Of a stretch of DNA of 64,000 nt, positions 18,345 to 27,938 are shown piece after piece (position 1 is the stretch's first letter; every line of letters begins with the position of its first letter). Under the pieces are notes generated by a model, which searched no databases, was not told the DNA's origin, and saw only the letters and a program-made list of their open reading frames with translations. Origin of the DNA: Sphingobacterium sp. (GTDB lineage: Bacteria > Bacteroidota > Bacteroidia > Sphingobacteriales > Sphingobacteriaceae); contig NZ_JBCNKE010000008.1 of assembly GCF_039596235.1 (NCBI RefSeq), forward strand, positions 125,946 to 189,945. Direction: 5' to 3'. A program made the position numbers and the translations under genes.

Positions 18345-18572
18345 GCTAATTTCTTTTTACTTATTTAGCTTCTGCAGCTAACTGATTTAAGATAGCATCG
18401 TTTTTAACGATTTGGTTGCTAGCTTTCATTTTTGATCTAGAACCTAACTCTACGTTAGTTCCTAATTTCAAGAACTGAACTTCAACACGTGAAACAGTTT
18501 TATTTCTTCTATCTTTTCTTTTTAAACGTGTAACTCCCATTTTGATAATATTTTTATTGTTTAAATAAAACG

Positions 18573-18643
18573 AGGTCGGAAGCGGATTCGAACCGCTGTA
18601 GGAGGTTTTGCAGACCTCAGCCTAGCCACTCGGCCATCCGACC
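18573..18643 (-). tRNA. tRNA-Cys(GCA)
   Basis: Acceptor GGTCGGA/TCCGACC, anticodon arm GAGGT-CTGCAAA-ACCTC, T-arm AGCGG-TTCGAAT-CCGCT; TATTTTTG promoter element at 18668-18675. Confidence 0.96.
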
Positions 18644-19021
18644 CTATTTTTTCCTTTTGAAGGTCTGCAAAAATAAAACTTATAATTGGAATTAAAAAAT
18701 CTTTGTGATAAAACTTTTGTGTTTTTGAGCATTATTCTGAAAACCAAGCTGGTAGTTTTTAGGAAGTCAATAGTCTAAACTTTATAAACGCCTGTTTTAA
18801 GTAGGTAGGGGGAGTTGAAAAAGCTGAACTGTATTCTATTTACTGTATCTTTTAAAGGACAATCAAAAAAAAGAGGTATCGCTTTTTTCTTTTGTTTCGA
18901 AGTGAATATTAGTCGCTTACGTATTTTGGAATAGATATTGCAAATGGATATGTCATAAATCTCATACAGGAAGTATATGAGAAAAATGATAAAAAGAATA
19001 AAGTAAATTAAATTAGGAAAC

Positions 19022-19630
19022 ATGAAAAAACTATTATTATCTGCAGCAATTTTATTTGGTTCATTGGGTGCTTTTGCTCAAGGAGGATTGGGATACGGAC
19101 TACGTGCGGGTGTAAATATTCCTAAATATTCAACAAGTTTGGGAGATACCAAATCCAATACAGGTTTCTTTGTAACGGGATATTTGGATGCTCCAGTATC
19201 GCCATATTTTTCCGTGCAACCTGGTTTGTCTCTACAGAATAAAGGTGCTAAGTGGCTAGAGACTTCTAATGGAGAGCTTAAAGAAAGTGTAATGTCTTTG
19301 GATATCCCAGTAAACTTAGTGGCTAAGTTGCCTACAGGCGGGTCTGGTAACTTCTTTATAGGAGCAGGACCGTATGTTGGGTTTGGCTTGAGTGGGAAAC
19401 AAAAAGGAAATTTAGGCGATGCAAAAGATGAAAGAGATTTAGAGTTCGGTAGCGGAGCCGGTAAAGATTTGAAACGTACCGATTTTGGTGTAAACTTCTT
19501 GGCGGGTTACCAATTAACGAATGGCTTTCAGATCAATGCCGGTTATGGTTTAGGTTTAACCAATTTAGCTCCTAATGACGGTTCAATCAAAAACCGTGTT
19601 TGGTCTGTGGGAATCGGTTTTGGACTATAA
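19022..19630 (+). CDS. Outer-membrane beta-barrel (porin family) protein
   Basis: Signal peptide, YGLRAGVN, VQPGLSLQNKG, GAGPY, terminal GIGFGL. Confidence 0.88.
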   Translation: MKKLLLSAAILFGSLGAFAQGGLGYGLRAGVNIPKYSTSLGDTKSNTGFFVTGYLDAPVSPYFSVQPGLSLQNKGAKWLETSNGELKESVMSLDIPVNLVAKLPTGGSGNFFIGAGPYVGFGLSGKQKGNLGDAKDERDLEFGSGAGKDLKRTDFGVNFLAGYQLTNGFQINAGYGLGLTNLAPNDGSIKNRVWSVGIGFGL

Positions 19631-19660
19631 GAAATATAAGTACTTAAACTTATTATGAGG

Positions 19661-19691
19661 AAAGAGTCCCTGCATGTGTAGGGACTTTTTT
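19661..19691 (+). terminator. Intrinsic terminator
   Basis: AAAGAGTCCCTGCA-tg-TGTAGGGACTTTTTT. Confidence 0.8.
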
Positions 19692-19746
19692 ATTTCCTTA
19701 AACTTAAGTCATGTGAAATTGTTATTTTTATTCAAAAAAATATGCA

Positions 19747-20880
19747 ATGAAAAGATTTCTCTCCCTACCGTTCTATGTAAAATTAGCCTGTATATTGATT
19801 AGTATTCTTCTCTTAGGGTATTTGGCTAAGATCGGTGATACCATATTGATTCCAATGATCTTGGGACTTCTATTTGCGCTGCTGTTGATTCCGTTGAGCA
19901 ATTTTATGGAGCGGAAGTTACGTTTTCCACGAACATTGGCCGGCATACTCAGTGTGATTCTATTTTTTGGTGTATTGGGTTACGGACTTTTCTTATTGGC
20001 CTCTCAGCTTACTCTGCTGAAAGAAGATTTTCCGGCATTTAAAGAGCAGATTATGGATGGTGCAGGCAAATTGCAAAGTTGGGTCAGTCAACAGTTTGGT
20101 ATACAACATAAAGAACAGATGGAATTTATCAATAAGACGGCTTCAAAGTCAGTGGATTCCGGTACTTTGTTTTTGGGGACAGCATTGGTTTCACTTTCTT
20201 CCCTGTTTATTTTATTTGTTTTTACATTCCTGTATACCTTCTTCCTACTGATTTATAGGGGGCATATCGTGAAATTTCTGTTATTTGTTAACCGTGTTGA
20301 AGACCGACCAATTGTGGTGGATGTGGTTAGGCAGATCCAATATGTGGTTAAGAAGTATTTGATTGGTCTGTTAATCCAAATGAGTTTGGTTTCACTATTG
20401 GTTTTTATCACCCTATCGCTGATTGGTGTAAAATATAGCCTGTTGCTGGCTTTAATTACCGGTGTTTTCAATGTGTTGCCTTATGTGGGAATTTTCTCGT
20501 CAATGCTTATTATCGCTATTCTTACTTTTGCTACATCTTCATTTACCCATGTGGTTCTAGTGATTTTGGCACTGATTATTGTCCACATGATTGATAGCAA
20601 CTTTATTGTTCCTAAAATTGTCGGATCAAAGGTTAAGGTCAATTCTTTATTTGCTATGCTTTCCATTATTATCGGCGAAATGGTTTGGGGAATTTCGGGA
20701 ATGTTTTTGGCCATTCCAATATTGGCAATTGTTAAGATCGTGATGGACCGTATTAAAGAGCTTAAGCCTTGGGGATTCTTATTAGGGGAGGAGGATAGTA
20801 AAGATGAGGTATACAAAGATTTATTTGACTCTCTCAATCCGGTAGAGAAGAAAATCATTGAAAATGAGGCGAAGGAATAA
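19747..20880 (+). CDS. AI-2E family transporter
   Basis: Multi-TM protein with PYVG, DSNFIVPKIVGSKVKVN and WGISGMFLAIP motifs. Confidence 0.9.
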   Translation: MKRFLSLPFYVKLACILISILLLGYLAKIGDTILIPMILGLLFALLLIPLSNFMERKLRFPRTLAGILSVILFFGVLGYGLFLLASQLTLLKEDFPAFKEQIMDGAGKLQSWVSQQFGIQHKEQMEFINKTASKSVDSGTLFLGTALVSLSSLFILFVFTFLYTFFLLIYRGHIVKFLLFVNRVEDRPIVVDVVRQIQYVVKKYLIGLLIQMSLVSLLVFITLSLIGVKYSLLLALITGVFNVLPYVGIFSSMLIIAILTFATSSFTHVVLVILALIIVHMIDSNFIVPKIVGSKVKVNSLFAMLSIIIGEMVWGISGMFLAIPILAIVKIVMDRIKELKPWGFLLGEEDSKDEVYKDLFDSLNPVEKKIIENEAKE

Positions 20881-20994
20881 TTTTATTTAAATTACTAGCT
20901 CAATTATTATGCTTTTTAGGAATTTTCTTCTATTAATATTGTTATTCGAAGGGTTATATTCCTGTGTGAAATTAAAGGTAGGATATTATTGAAA

Positions 20995-21048
20995 TGTACT
21001 AGATCAAATGGGAGATGCTTTTGAGTATCTCTCATTTGATCTAGTACA
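20995..21048. terminator. 25-bp hairpin between convergent transcription units
   Basis: TGTACTAGATCAAATGGGAGATGCT-tttg-AGTATCTCTCATTTGATCTAGTACA; two G-U pairs on the + strand. Confidence 0.7.
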
Positions 21049-21089
21049 CAGAGCAGACTCTATTGCAATAAAAAATCTTTCTCTGTTTA

Positions 21090-21377
21090 TTAAACTTTAC
21101 GCGGTTCAACACCAATTGTATACAGCCCTGAATTGTATTCTCTCGTTGTATACGAGGATCCATTAAATCCAGTAATTACATAATCCGCGAAGTTAATAAG
21201 TACATCCCTTAATTGATCACTTTGTCTGGTAACTTTCCAAGAGACTGTAGAAGATTCGTCTTTTGCCAAATTTGCACCGAATTTTAAACCTAATTTAGCT
21301 AACCCTGCGAATGTAGGCTCAATACCAAAATTTGTCGCGAATTTAACTGTACGAGCTTCTGATGTGCTTTCTTCTAC
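21090..21377 (-). pseudogene. 3' remnant of a gene, 95 open codons with no start codon
   Basis: Manual translation: VEESTSEARTVKFATNFGIEPTFAGLAKLGLKFGANLAKDESSTVSWKVTRQSDQLRDVLINFADYVITGFNGSSYTTREYNSGLYTIGVEPRKV*; in-frame TAA immediately upstream. Confidence 0.65.
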
Positions 21378-21489
21378 TTATATGGCCGATACCTCTAAGG
21401 TCTTTAATATGTTAAGATTTGCTATTTAGTAATAATTAATGTATTTTGTGTAAATAATTAATTGTTTTTATGAAAATTATGATGATATA

Positions 21490-22434
21490 ATGAATAGAAC
21501 TCTACTTGTATTTTTTGTTTTTTTCTTGTTTATAATGGTTGGTTGTAAAAAATCGGAGGAACGTGGCGCTGATTCCAAGACGAGTATTTTATTTTCGGAC
21601 AACAATCATGCTGTTAGAGGAAAAGTGACCTACGATTACAACATGGATAATTGTGGACAGATTAATCTGGTTACCGCAGTAAAGGAAGACAACGGTAATT
21701 ATGCCGAATTGAAGCTGACTTTACTTCAGAATGGTGCACTGGCCAAGGTGCAGTATTTTAAACAAAACTCGCCGGATGATGGTAATTATTTTGCGCCGCA
21801 TCTCCAAACGGAAAAATCTTTTAAGATCTCAGATTTTAAATATGATAAAAAGGGAGGACGTTTGTCCTTTTCCTTTGATGGGAAAGTTTTCAAAAATAAT
21901 AAACCCGGTGGTGAGCGTATATTGGCTGGTAAAGTAGAACTTAACTCAATTCAATACGCCCCATGTGAGGCATTGATATTTGATGTGATGACAGTTAATC
22001 CTACTTTCAACTTTTTCGCTATTCCCGGAACGTCCAATAATTCTGTGAATACTACTGGGGGACCAAATAAGTATAAAGAGTTTGCATACAATGTTTATTC
22101 CAACGCTGGTCAGTTTCTGAGCTTGAGACTAGATCGCGATATATCAAAATTGGTGGGCGAAGAGATTGCATTTGACGAAGGAAATGAAATGTTTAATGTA
22201 CGATATTGGGAATATATTGGACCTTATATGCTCTCAGAATCCTATGGGCCGATTGACAGAAATTGGAAGCGTTTTCAGACAAGAGGAAAGTTAGTTAATA
22301 TCCAAAAAATGTCCGATAATCGGTATGGTAAGCCTTATTATAGTGGGTTGATCATCATGGATATATTCGATGAGGACCGCATGGTAAAACAGGCTGTTGA
22401 ATTACCTTTCTATTTATCATCTTGGCTTGATTAA
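21490..22434 (+). CDS. Lipoprotein, hypothetical
   Basis: Lipobox MVGC-KKSE; 314 aa; terminator at 22522-22551. Confidence 0.78.
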   Translation: MNRTLLVFFVFFLFIMVGCKKSEERGADSKTSILFSDNNHAVRGKVTYDYNMDNCGQINLVTAVKEDNGNYAELKLTLLQNGALAKVQYFKQNSPDDGNYFAPHLQTEKSFKISDFKYDKKGGRLSFSFDGKVFKNNKPGGERILAGKVELNSIQYAPCEALIFDVMTVNPTFNFFAIPGTSNNSVNTTGGPNKYKEFAYNVYSNAGQFLSLRLDRDISKLVGEEIAFDEGNEMFNVRYWEYIGPYMLSESYGPIDRNWKRFQTRGKLVNIQKMSDNRYGKPYYSGLIIMDIFDEDRMVKQAVELPFYLSSWLD

Positions 22435-22717
22435 TAACAAGGAGGGTAATTTATGGATAACAGATAATGGATTTTGTTGACGATTTATTGCAAGTTGATC
22501 CTTATCAAAAAATATTAATTATAAAAGCCACGAGATAAAATGTGGCTTTTACTGTTTTAGTGATCAGTTATATGAATTGAACAACTTCCTCATGGTGAAT
22601 TATAGATATATCAATTTTTGTAATTCTAAAAAAATGTTATAGAATTATATCAAGTTTTTTTAGTTGTATTTCAGTAAATTATATGCTATTTTCGTTCTAT
22701 ATTTAATTTGTTTTTTT

Positions 22718-23326
22718 ACGAAAAGAAAATTATTATCAATCGCTGCAGCATTGTGTTTTATTGCTGGAGCCAAAGCACAGACTTCTTATGGTTTAAAAGC
22801 TGGGGCTAACTTCGCTAAATTTCAAGTAAGTGGAGGGAATACGAGTTATACGTCAGATGCTGCAACTTTTTTTTATGTGACGGGATATGCAGATGTCCCC
22901 GTAGCAATGAACTTTAGTGTACAACCGGGTATTTCCTTACAGGGAAAAGGGGGAAAAGCACCTGCAGGTGATTTTACAGAGGTGAGTACAAAAGATAATT
23001 TGATGTATATTGAGGTTCCTGTAAATTTTGTTTATTATGTTCCTACAGGAGAGGCTGGAAAGGTATTCTTCGGAGCAGGCCCATATGCAGCAATAGGTAT
23101 TCATGCTAAATCTACTCAGGGAAATTTAAGTGAAATCGGCAGTTTTAGCGACGCGGGTTTGAAGGCTTTTGATGCTGGACTGAATTTTCTTGCGGGATTT
23201 AAGTTGACAAATGGATTTCTGATCAATGGTGGTTATGGATTAGGTTTAACGAATATGCTGAAAGATATTGATGGAGTAACTTCAAAAAACCGCGTATTCT
23301 CAGTAGGTGTTGGTTACCAATTCTAA
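22718..23326 (+). CDS. Outer-membrane beta-barrel (porin family), paralog of 19022; start uncertain (ACG 22718 or TTG 22664)
   Basis: SYGLKAGAN, VQPGISLQGKG, GAGPY, terminal GVGYQF; signal peptide begins (T)KRKLLSIAAA. Confidence 0.85.
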   Translation, partial: TKRKLLSIAAALCFIAGAKAQTSYGLKAGANFAKFQVSGGNTSYTSDAATFFYVTGYADVPVAMNFSVQPGISLQGKGGKAPAGDFTEVSTKDNLMYIEVPVNFVYYVPTGEAGKVFFGAGPYAAIGIHAKSTQGNLSEIGSFSDAGLKAFDAGLNFLAGFKLTNGFLINGGYGLGLTNMLKDIDGVTSKNRVFSVGVGYQF

Positions 23327-23345
23327 TCAAAGAGGTATAAACAAC

Positions 23346-23383
23346 AAAAAGGGGCTTTTCTTACGAAAGGCCCCTTCTTTTTT
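23346..23383. terminator. Bidirectional terminator between the porin gene and rpsJ
   Basis: AAAAAGGGGCTTTTC..GAAAGGCCCCTTCTTTTT. Confidence 0.8.
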
Positions 23384-23399
23384 CAGTGACTGAAATCTA

Positions 23400-23705
23400 T
23401 CACACTTTGATTTCTACTTCAACACCTGAAGGTAATTCAAGTTTCATCAATGCGTCAACAGTTTTAGCGTTTGATGAATAGATATCCAACAATCTTTTGT
23501 AAGCACACAATTGGAATTGCTCACGTGCTTTTTTGTTAACGTGTGGTGAACGTAATACCGTGTAGATCTTTTTCTCAGTAGGCAATGGAATAGGACCACT
23601 AACAACTGCACCTGTAGGTTTTACTGTTTTTACGATTTTTTCAGCTGATTTGTCAACCAAATTGTAATCGTAAGATTTCAATTTAATTCTGATTCTTTGG
23701 CTCAT
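23400..23705 (-). CDS. rpsJ: 30S ribosomal protein S10 (start reassigned to ATG 23705)
   Basis: [13 protein letters not shown]...GPIPLPT...[13 protein letters not shown]. Confidence 0.98.
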   Translation of the reverse strand: MSQRIRIKLKSYDYNLVDKSAEKIVKTVKPTGAVVSGPIPLPTEKKIYTVLRSPHVNKKAREQFQLCAYKRLLDIYSSNAKTVDALMKLELPSGVEVEIKV

Positions 23706-23783
23706 AGTATATGATATTATTAAAAAATGACCGCTGATTAGAGCTATTAACAACCAGCGGTCGGTTTATTTTTGAGTTCTATA

Positions 23784-25907
23784 TTATTCTACAGAACCTT
23801 TGATTCTACCTTTAGATTTTGCGATTACTTCATCAGCAACGTTACGTGGAGCTTCAGCATAGTGATCAAATTCCATTGTAGATGTTGCACGACCTGAAGT
23901 GATTGTACGTAATTGAGTTACGTAACCGAACATTTCAGAAAGTGGAACCAATGCTTTGATTACTTGTGCACCGTTACGTGAATCCAAACCTTGCATTTGA
24001 CCACGACGACGGTTTAAGTCACCCATTACATCACCCATGTTTTCTTCTGGAGTCAATACTTCGACTTTCATGATTGGCTCCATCAATACTGGTGAACATT
24101 TAGGTAACGCCTCACGGTATGCCATTTTAGCTGCCAATTCGAATGACAATGAATCTGAATCGACTGCGTGGAATGAACCATCAATCAAACGAACTTTCAT
24201 GCCAGAAAGTGGGTAACCAGCCAATACACCATTATTCAATGATGCTTCAAATCCTTTTTGAACTGAAGGGATGTATTCTTTTGGAATTGCACCACCCACG
24301 ATTTCGTTTACGAATTGAAGCGCTGATTTTGAAGCATCGTAGTCTGCGTCTACCGGAGAAATAACAACTTTGATATCCGCGAATTTACCACGACCACCTG
24401 ATTGTTTTTTGTATACCTCACGGTGCTCAGTAGTACCATTGATAGACTCTTTGTACGCTACTTGAGGAGCACCTTGGTTAACCTCAACTTTGAATTCACG
24501 TTTCAAACGGTCGATCAAGATCTCTAAGTGAAGCTCACCCATACCAGAGATAACTGTTTGACCAGTTTCTTCGTCAGATTTAACAACGAATGTAGGATCC
24601 TCTTCAGCTAATTTACCAAGACCAATACCTAATCTATCTACGTCAGCTTGCGTTTTAGGTTCGATCGCTAAACCAATTACTGGCTCAGGGAAAGTCATAG
24701 ACTCTAATACGATAGGCGCTTTTTCATCACAAAGTGTATCACCTGTTTTGATGTCTTTGAAACCTACAACAGCACCGATATCACCAGCCTCGATGAAAGG
24801 GATAGGGTTTTGTTTGTTCGCGTGCATTTGGAAGATACGAGAGATACGCTCTTTGTTTCCTGAACGCGTGTTCAATACATAAGAACCTGCATCTAACTTA
24901 CCAGAGTAAGCACGGATGAAACATAAACGACCTACGAATGGGTCAGTCGCAATTTTGAAACCTAAAGCTGCGAAAGGCTCATTAACAGATGGTTTACGCT
25001 CAATTTCTTCACCAGTATCAGGGTTAGTACCTTTTACAGCCTCAACATCTAGAGGTGAAGGCAATAATTCCATTACTAGATCCAACATGGTTTGAACACC
25101 TTTGTTTTTGAAAGATGAACCACAAACCATAGGAACGATAGAGTTATCCAATACGGCTGCACGTAATGCATTTAAGATCTCGCGCTCAGTCAATGAGTTT
25201 GGATCATCGAAGAATTTCTCCATCAATGACTCATCGTAACCAGCTACTGCCTCTAATAATTTCTCACGGTATTCAGCAACCTCATCCAACATATCATCAG
25301 GAATAGGTACTTCAGTGAAGGTCATACCTTTATCATGCTCGTTCCAAACGATACCACGGTTGTTGATCAAGTCAACCACACCTTTGAAAGTATCTTCAGC
25401 ACCGATAGGCAACTGTAAAGCTACAGCCTCAGAACCCAACATATCTTTTACTTGTTTTACAACTTTCAAGAAGTCAGCTCCTGAACGGTCCATTTTGTTA
25501 ACGAAACCGATACGAGGTACTTTGTAACCATCAGCTAAACGCCAGTTTGTCTCAGATTGAGGTTCAACACCATCAACTGCAGAAAACAAGAATACCAATC
25601 CATCCAATACACGTAACGAACGGTTTACCTCAACCGTGAAATCCACGTGTCCAGGTGTATCGATAACGTTTACTTGGTATTTGTTGTTACGGTAGTTCCA
25701 GAATACAGTTGTTGCAGCAGAAGTGATCGTGATACCACGCTCAGCCTCTTGCTCCATCCAGTCCATTGTTGAAGCACCTTCGTGAACTTCACCAATTTTG
25801 TGGTTTACACCTGAGTAATAAAGGATACGCTCAGTTGTTGTAGTTTTACCAGCATCGATGTGTGCAGCGATACCGATATTTCTAGTGAATTTTAAATCTC
25901 TTGCCAT
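23784..25907 (-). CDS. fusA: Elongation factor G
   Basis: [26 protein letters not shown]; five-domain EF-G. Confidence 0.99.
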   Translation of the reverse strand: MARDLKFTRNIGIAAHIDAGKTTTTERILYYSGVNHKIGEVHEGASTMDWMEQEAERGITITSAATTVFWNYRNNKYQVNVIDTPGHVDFTVEVNRSLRVLDGLVFLFSAVDGVEPQSETNWRLADGYKVPRIGFVNKMDRSGADFLKVVKQVKDMLGSEAVALQLPIGAEDTFKGVVDLINNRGIVWNEHDKGMTFTEVPIPDDMLDEVAEYREKLLEAVAGYDESLMEKFFDDPNSLTEREILNALRAAVLDNSIVPMVCGSSFKNKGVQTMLDLVMELLPSPLDVEAVKGTNPDTGEEIERKPSVNEPFAALGFKIATDPFVGRLCFIRAYSGKLDAGSYVLNTRSGNKERISRIFQMHANKQNPIPFIEAGDIGAVVGFKDIKTGDTLCDEKAPIVLESMTFPEPVIGLAIEPKTQADVDRLGIGLGKLAEEDPTFVVKSDEETGQTVISGMGELHLEILIDRLKREFKVEVNQGAPQVAYKESINGTTEHREVYKKQSGGRGKFADIKVVISPVDADYDASKSALQFVNEIVGGAIPKEYIPSVQKGFEASLNNGVLAGYPLSGMKVRLIDGSFHAVDSDSLSFELAAKMAYREALPKCSPVLMEPIMKVEVLTPEENMGDVMGDLNRRRGQMQGLDSRNGAQVIKALVPLSEMFGYVTQLRTITSGRATSTMEFDHYAEAPRNVADEVIAKSKGRIKGSVE

Positions 25908-26040
25908 AATATTTTTAAGCAGCTGGCCATAGGGGCCTTATGTGTTTAAATGTAATGTTAAATAAGTACACCGACCTTGATAAAAGAGTGTTCGTTTATC
26001 GGAGGTCGGTGTAATCATATTTTTTTGAATGTCTTCAAAA

Positions 26041-26508
26041 TTAGAATCTGAAGTGTGAGAACGCTTTGTTAGCTTCCGCCATTTTGTGCGTATCTTCTTT
26101 CTTCTTAACAGCAGCACCTTCACCTTTAGAAGCTGAAATGATTTCTCCTGCTAATTTTTCGAACATTGTTTTTTCACCACGTTTACGAGCGTATGAAATT
26201 AACCATTTCATACCCAAAGCAATTTTACGCTCTGGACGAACTTCCATAGGAACTTGGAAGTTAGCACCACCTACACGGCGTGATTTAACTTCAACAGCAG
26301 GCATAACGTTGTTCAAAGCTTTTTTCCAAGCTTCTAAACCGCTTTCTTGTGTTTTTTGTTCTACTAATTCTACTGCATCGTAAAAAATATCATAAGCGAT
26401 AGATTTTTTACCATCTACCATCATATTGTTTACGAAACGTGTTACCTGAACGTCATTAAACTTTGGATCAGGTAAAATGATTCTCTTTTTCGGTTTTGAC
26501 TTTCTCAT
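26041..26508 (-). CDS. rpsG: 30S ribosomal protein S7
   Basis: [30 protein letters not shown]. Confidence 0.99.
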   Translation of the reverse strand: MRKSKPKKRIILPDPKFNDVQVTRFVNNMMVDGKKSIAYDIFYDAVELVEQKTQESGLEAWKKALNNVMPAVEVKSRRVGGANFQVPMEVRPERKIALGMKWLISYARKRGEKTMFEKLAGEIISASKGEGAAVKKKEDTHKMAEANKAFSHFRF

Positions 26509-26527
26509 TTTTCTTTCCTCCGTTTAA

Positions 26528-26941
26528 TTATTTCTTTTTACCTTTTGCTGGAGCTGCAGCTGCTTGTCCTGGTTTAGGACGCTTAGTTCCGTATTTAGAA
26601 CGACGTTGGTTACGACCTGCTACACCTGAAGTATCTAATGCACCACGGATGATGTGGTAACGTACACCTGGTAAATCCTTAACACGACCACCACGGATCA
26701 ATACGATCGAGTGCTCTTGCAAGTTGTGACCTTCTCCAGGGATGTAAGCGTTGACCTCTTTACCGTTTGTTAAACGTACACGAGCTACTTTACGCATTGC
26801 TGAGTTTGGTTTTTTAGGGGTAGTAGTATATACACGTGTACATACACCTCTTCGCTGTGGACATGAGTCCAACGCTGGTGACTTACTCTTATCAACCAGA
26901 GCTACTCTACCTTTTCTAACTAATTGTTGAATAGTAGGCAT
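26528..26941 (-). CDS. rpsL: 30S ribosomal protein S12
   Basis: [29 protein letters not shown]. Confidence 0.99.
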   Translation of the reverse strand: MPTIQQLVRKGRVALVDKSKSPALDSCPQRRGVCTRVYTTTPKKPNSAMRKVARVRLTNGKEVNAYIPGEGHNLQEHSIVLIRGGRVKDLPGVRYHIIRGALDTSGVAGRNQRRSKYGTKRPKPGQAAAAPAKGKKK

Positions 26942-26989
26942 TTACCTGTTTTTGTTTATAAATTTTATACCTAAATTATTTTAAGTTCG

Positions 26990-26997
26990 CAAAGATA
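26990..26997 (-). promoter_or_regulatory. -7 promoter element (TATCTTTG) of the str operon
   Basis: TAnnTTTG about 50 bp upstream of rpsL. Confidence 0.8.
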
Positions 26998-27456
26998 CTG
27001 ATTCCGTTTTGAATATTAAATAGTTAGTGTATAAAATTTAGATTATTTTTTAGAAAAGACAGTTCTCCTTTTCGCAATAATGAAACCATTTCCAGGATGG
27101 ATTGACAAGTTCGCGCTCCTTCTGCTGCATGCTGTCCTTGGTCAAAATGATTTCGCTTGTCAATGCGACCTTGCGCTAGTAAGTTTAACAGCTGCTACTG
27201 ATTAATATGATGTTGTCAAATATGGACAATAATAGTGACTTTGTCTAGCCTTAGAGCTAAAAAATGAGATTTTATGTTTGACTCGTAAAAATCTTTATTG
27301 TCTTGAATACGAGTTGCTCTGTGTTTTTTGTGAAAATATTCTTCTACTGGTTTCTGAGTATATTTACTTTTTTGCGTGTTTATGCTTCTTTTTGGCAAGA
27401 GGTTTGTCAAATACGAACAGATAATTAAGTAAAAACAAATTTAAAGAATTCAGATT

Positions 27457-27867
27457 ATGAAAATGAAATTGATGTATGCAATCGTATTGGCACTAGTGAC
27501 CTTCGCTTTTGTGGGATGTTCCAAGGATAAAGATGAGCCTATCCAAACCGGTGGAAGTATTGATGCGGCAGTAGGTACTTATAAAGGAAAAATTAAAATT
27601 ATTGGCGGTGCCGAAGTCTTTAATCAAATATTGGTCGTTACAAAAGTTAGTGATAATAAAGTCAAAGTTAGCGCTCAAAATGCTGATCTTAAGCTCCCTG
27701 TAAGAGAGATTCAGGTATCTAATAATTATAATATTTCTATTCAAGCTTTACCTAATGAGCCTCAAGGTCAATTTATCTTCACTTTTGAAAATAAAGGACT
27801 AACTTTTTTAGCGGAACGAACAGAAGAGGGCCAGCTGGAATATTCTTTCGATGGAACTAAACAATAA
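27457..27867 (+). CDS. Small lipoprotein, paralog of 14745-15170
   Basis: Lipobox FVGC-SKDKD; shared IxAAxGTxKG, VTKxSDxxVKVxA and terminal FxGTKQ. Confidence 0.8.
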   Translation: MKMKLMYAIVLALVTFAFVGCSKDKDEPIQTGGSIDAAVGTYKGKIKIIGGAEVFNQILVVTKVSDNKVKVSAQNADLKLPVREIQVSNNYNISIQALPNEPQGQFIFTFENKGLTFLAERTEEGQLEYSFDGTKQ

Positions 27868-27887
27868 CTTTTCTTTTAAATAATACC

Positions 27888-27926
27888 TCAAAAGGCCCAA
27901 TCAGTATTACTGATTGGGCCTTTTGA
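27888..27926. terminator. Bidirectional terminator, perfect 19-bp stem
   Basis: TCAAAAGGCCCAATCAGTA-t-TACTGATTGGGCCTTTTGA. Confidence 0.85.
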
Positions 27927-27938
27927 TTTCTGACTTTA

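Noticed and set aside
26528-26941. Streptomycin-resistance alleles in rpsL
   Set aside because: The PKKPNS and RVKDLP motifs are wild type.
27080-27205. 41-codon ORF (MKPFPGWIDKF...) with a 9-bp inverted repeat ATTGACAAG/CTTGTCAAT upstream of rpsL
   Set aside because: There is no second copy, family motif or target-site duplication, so neither a peptide nor a MITE can be supported.
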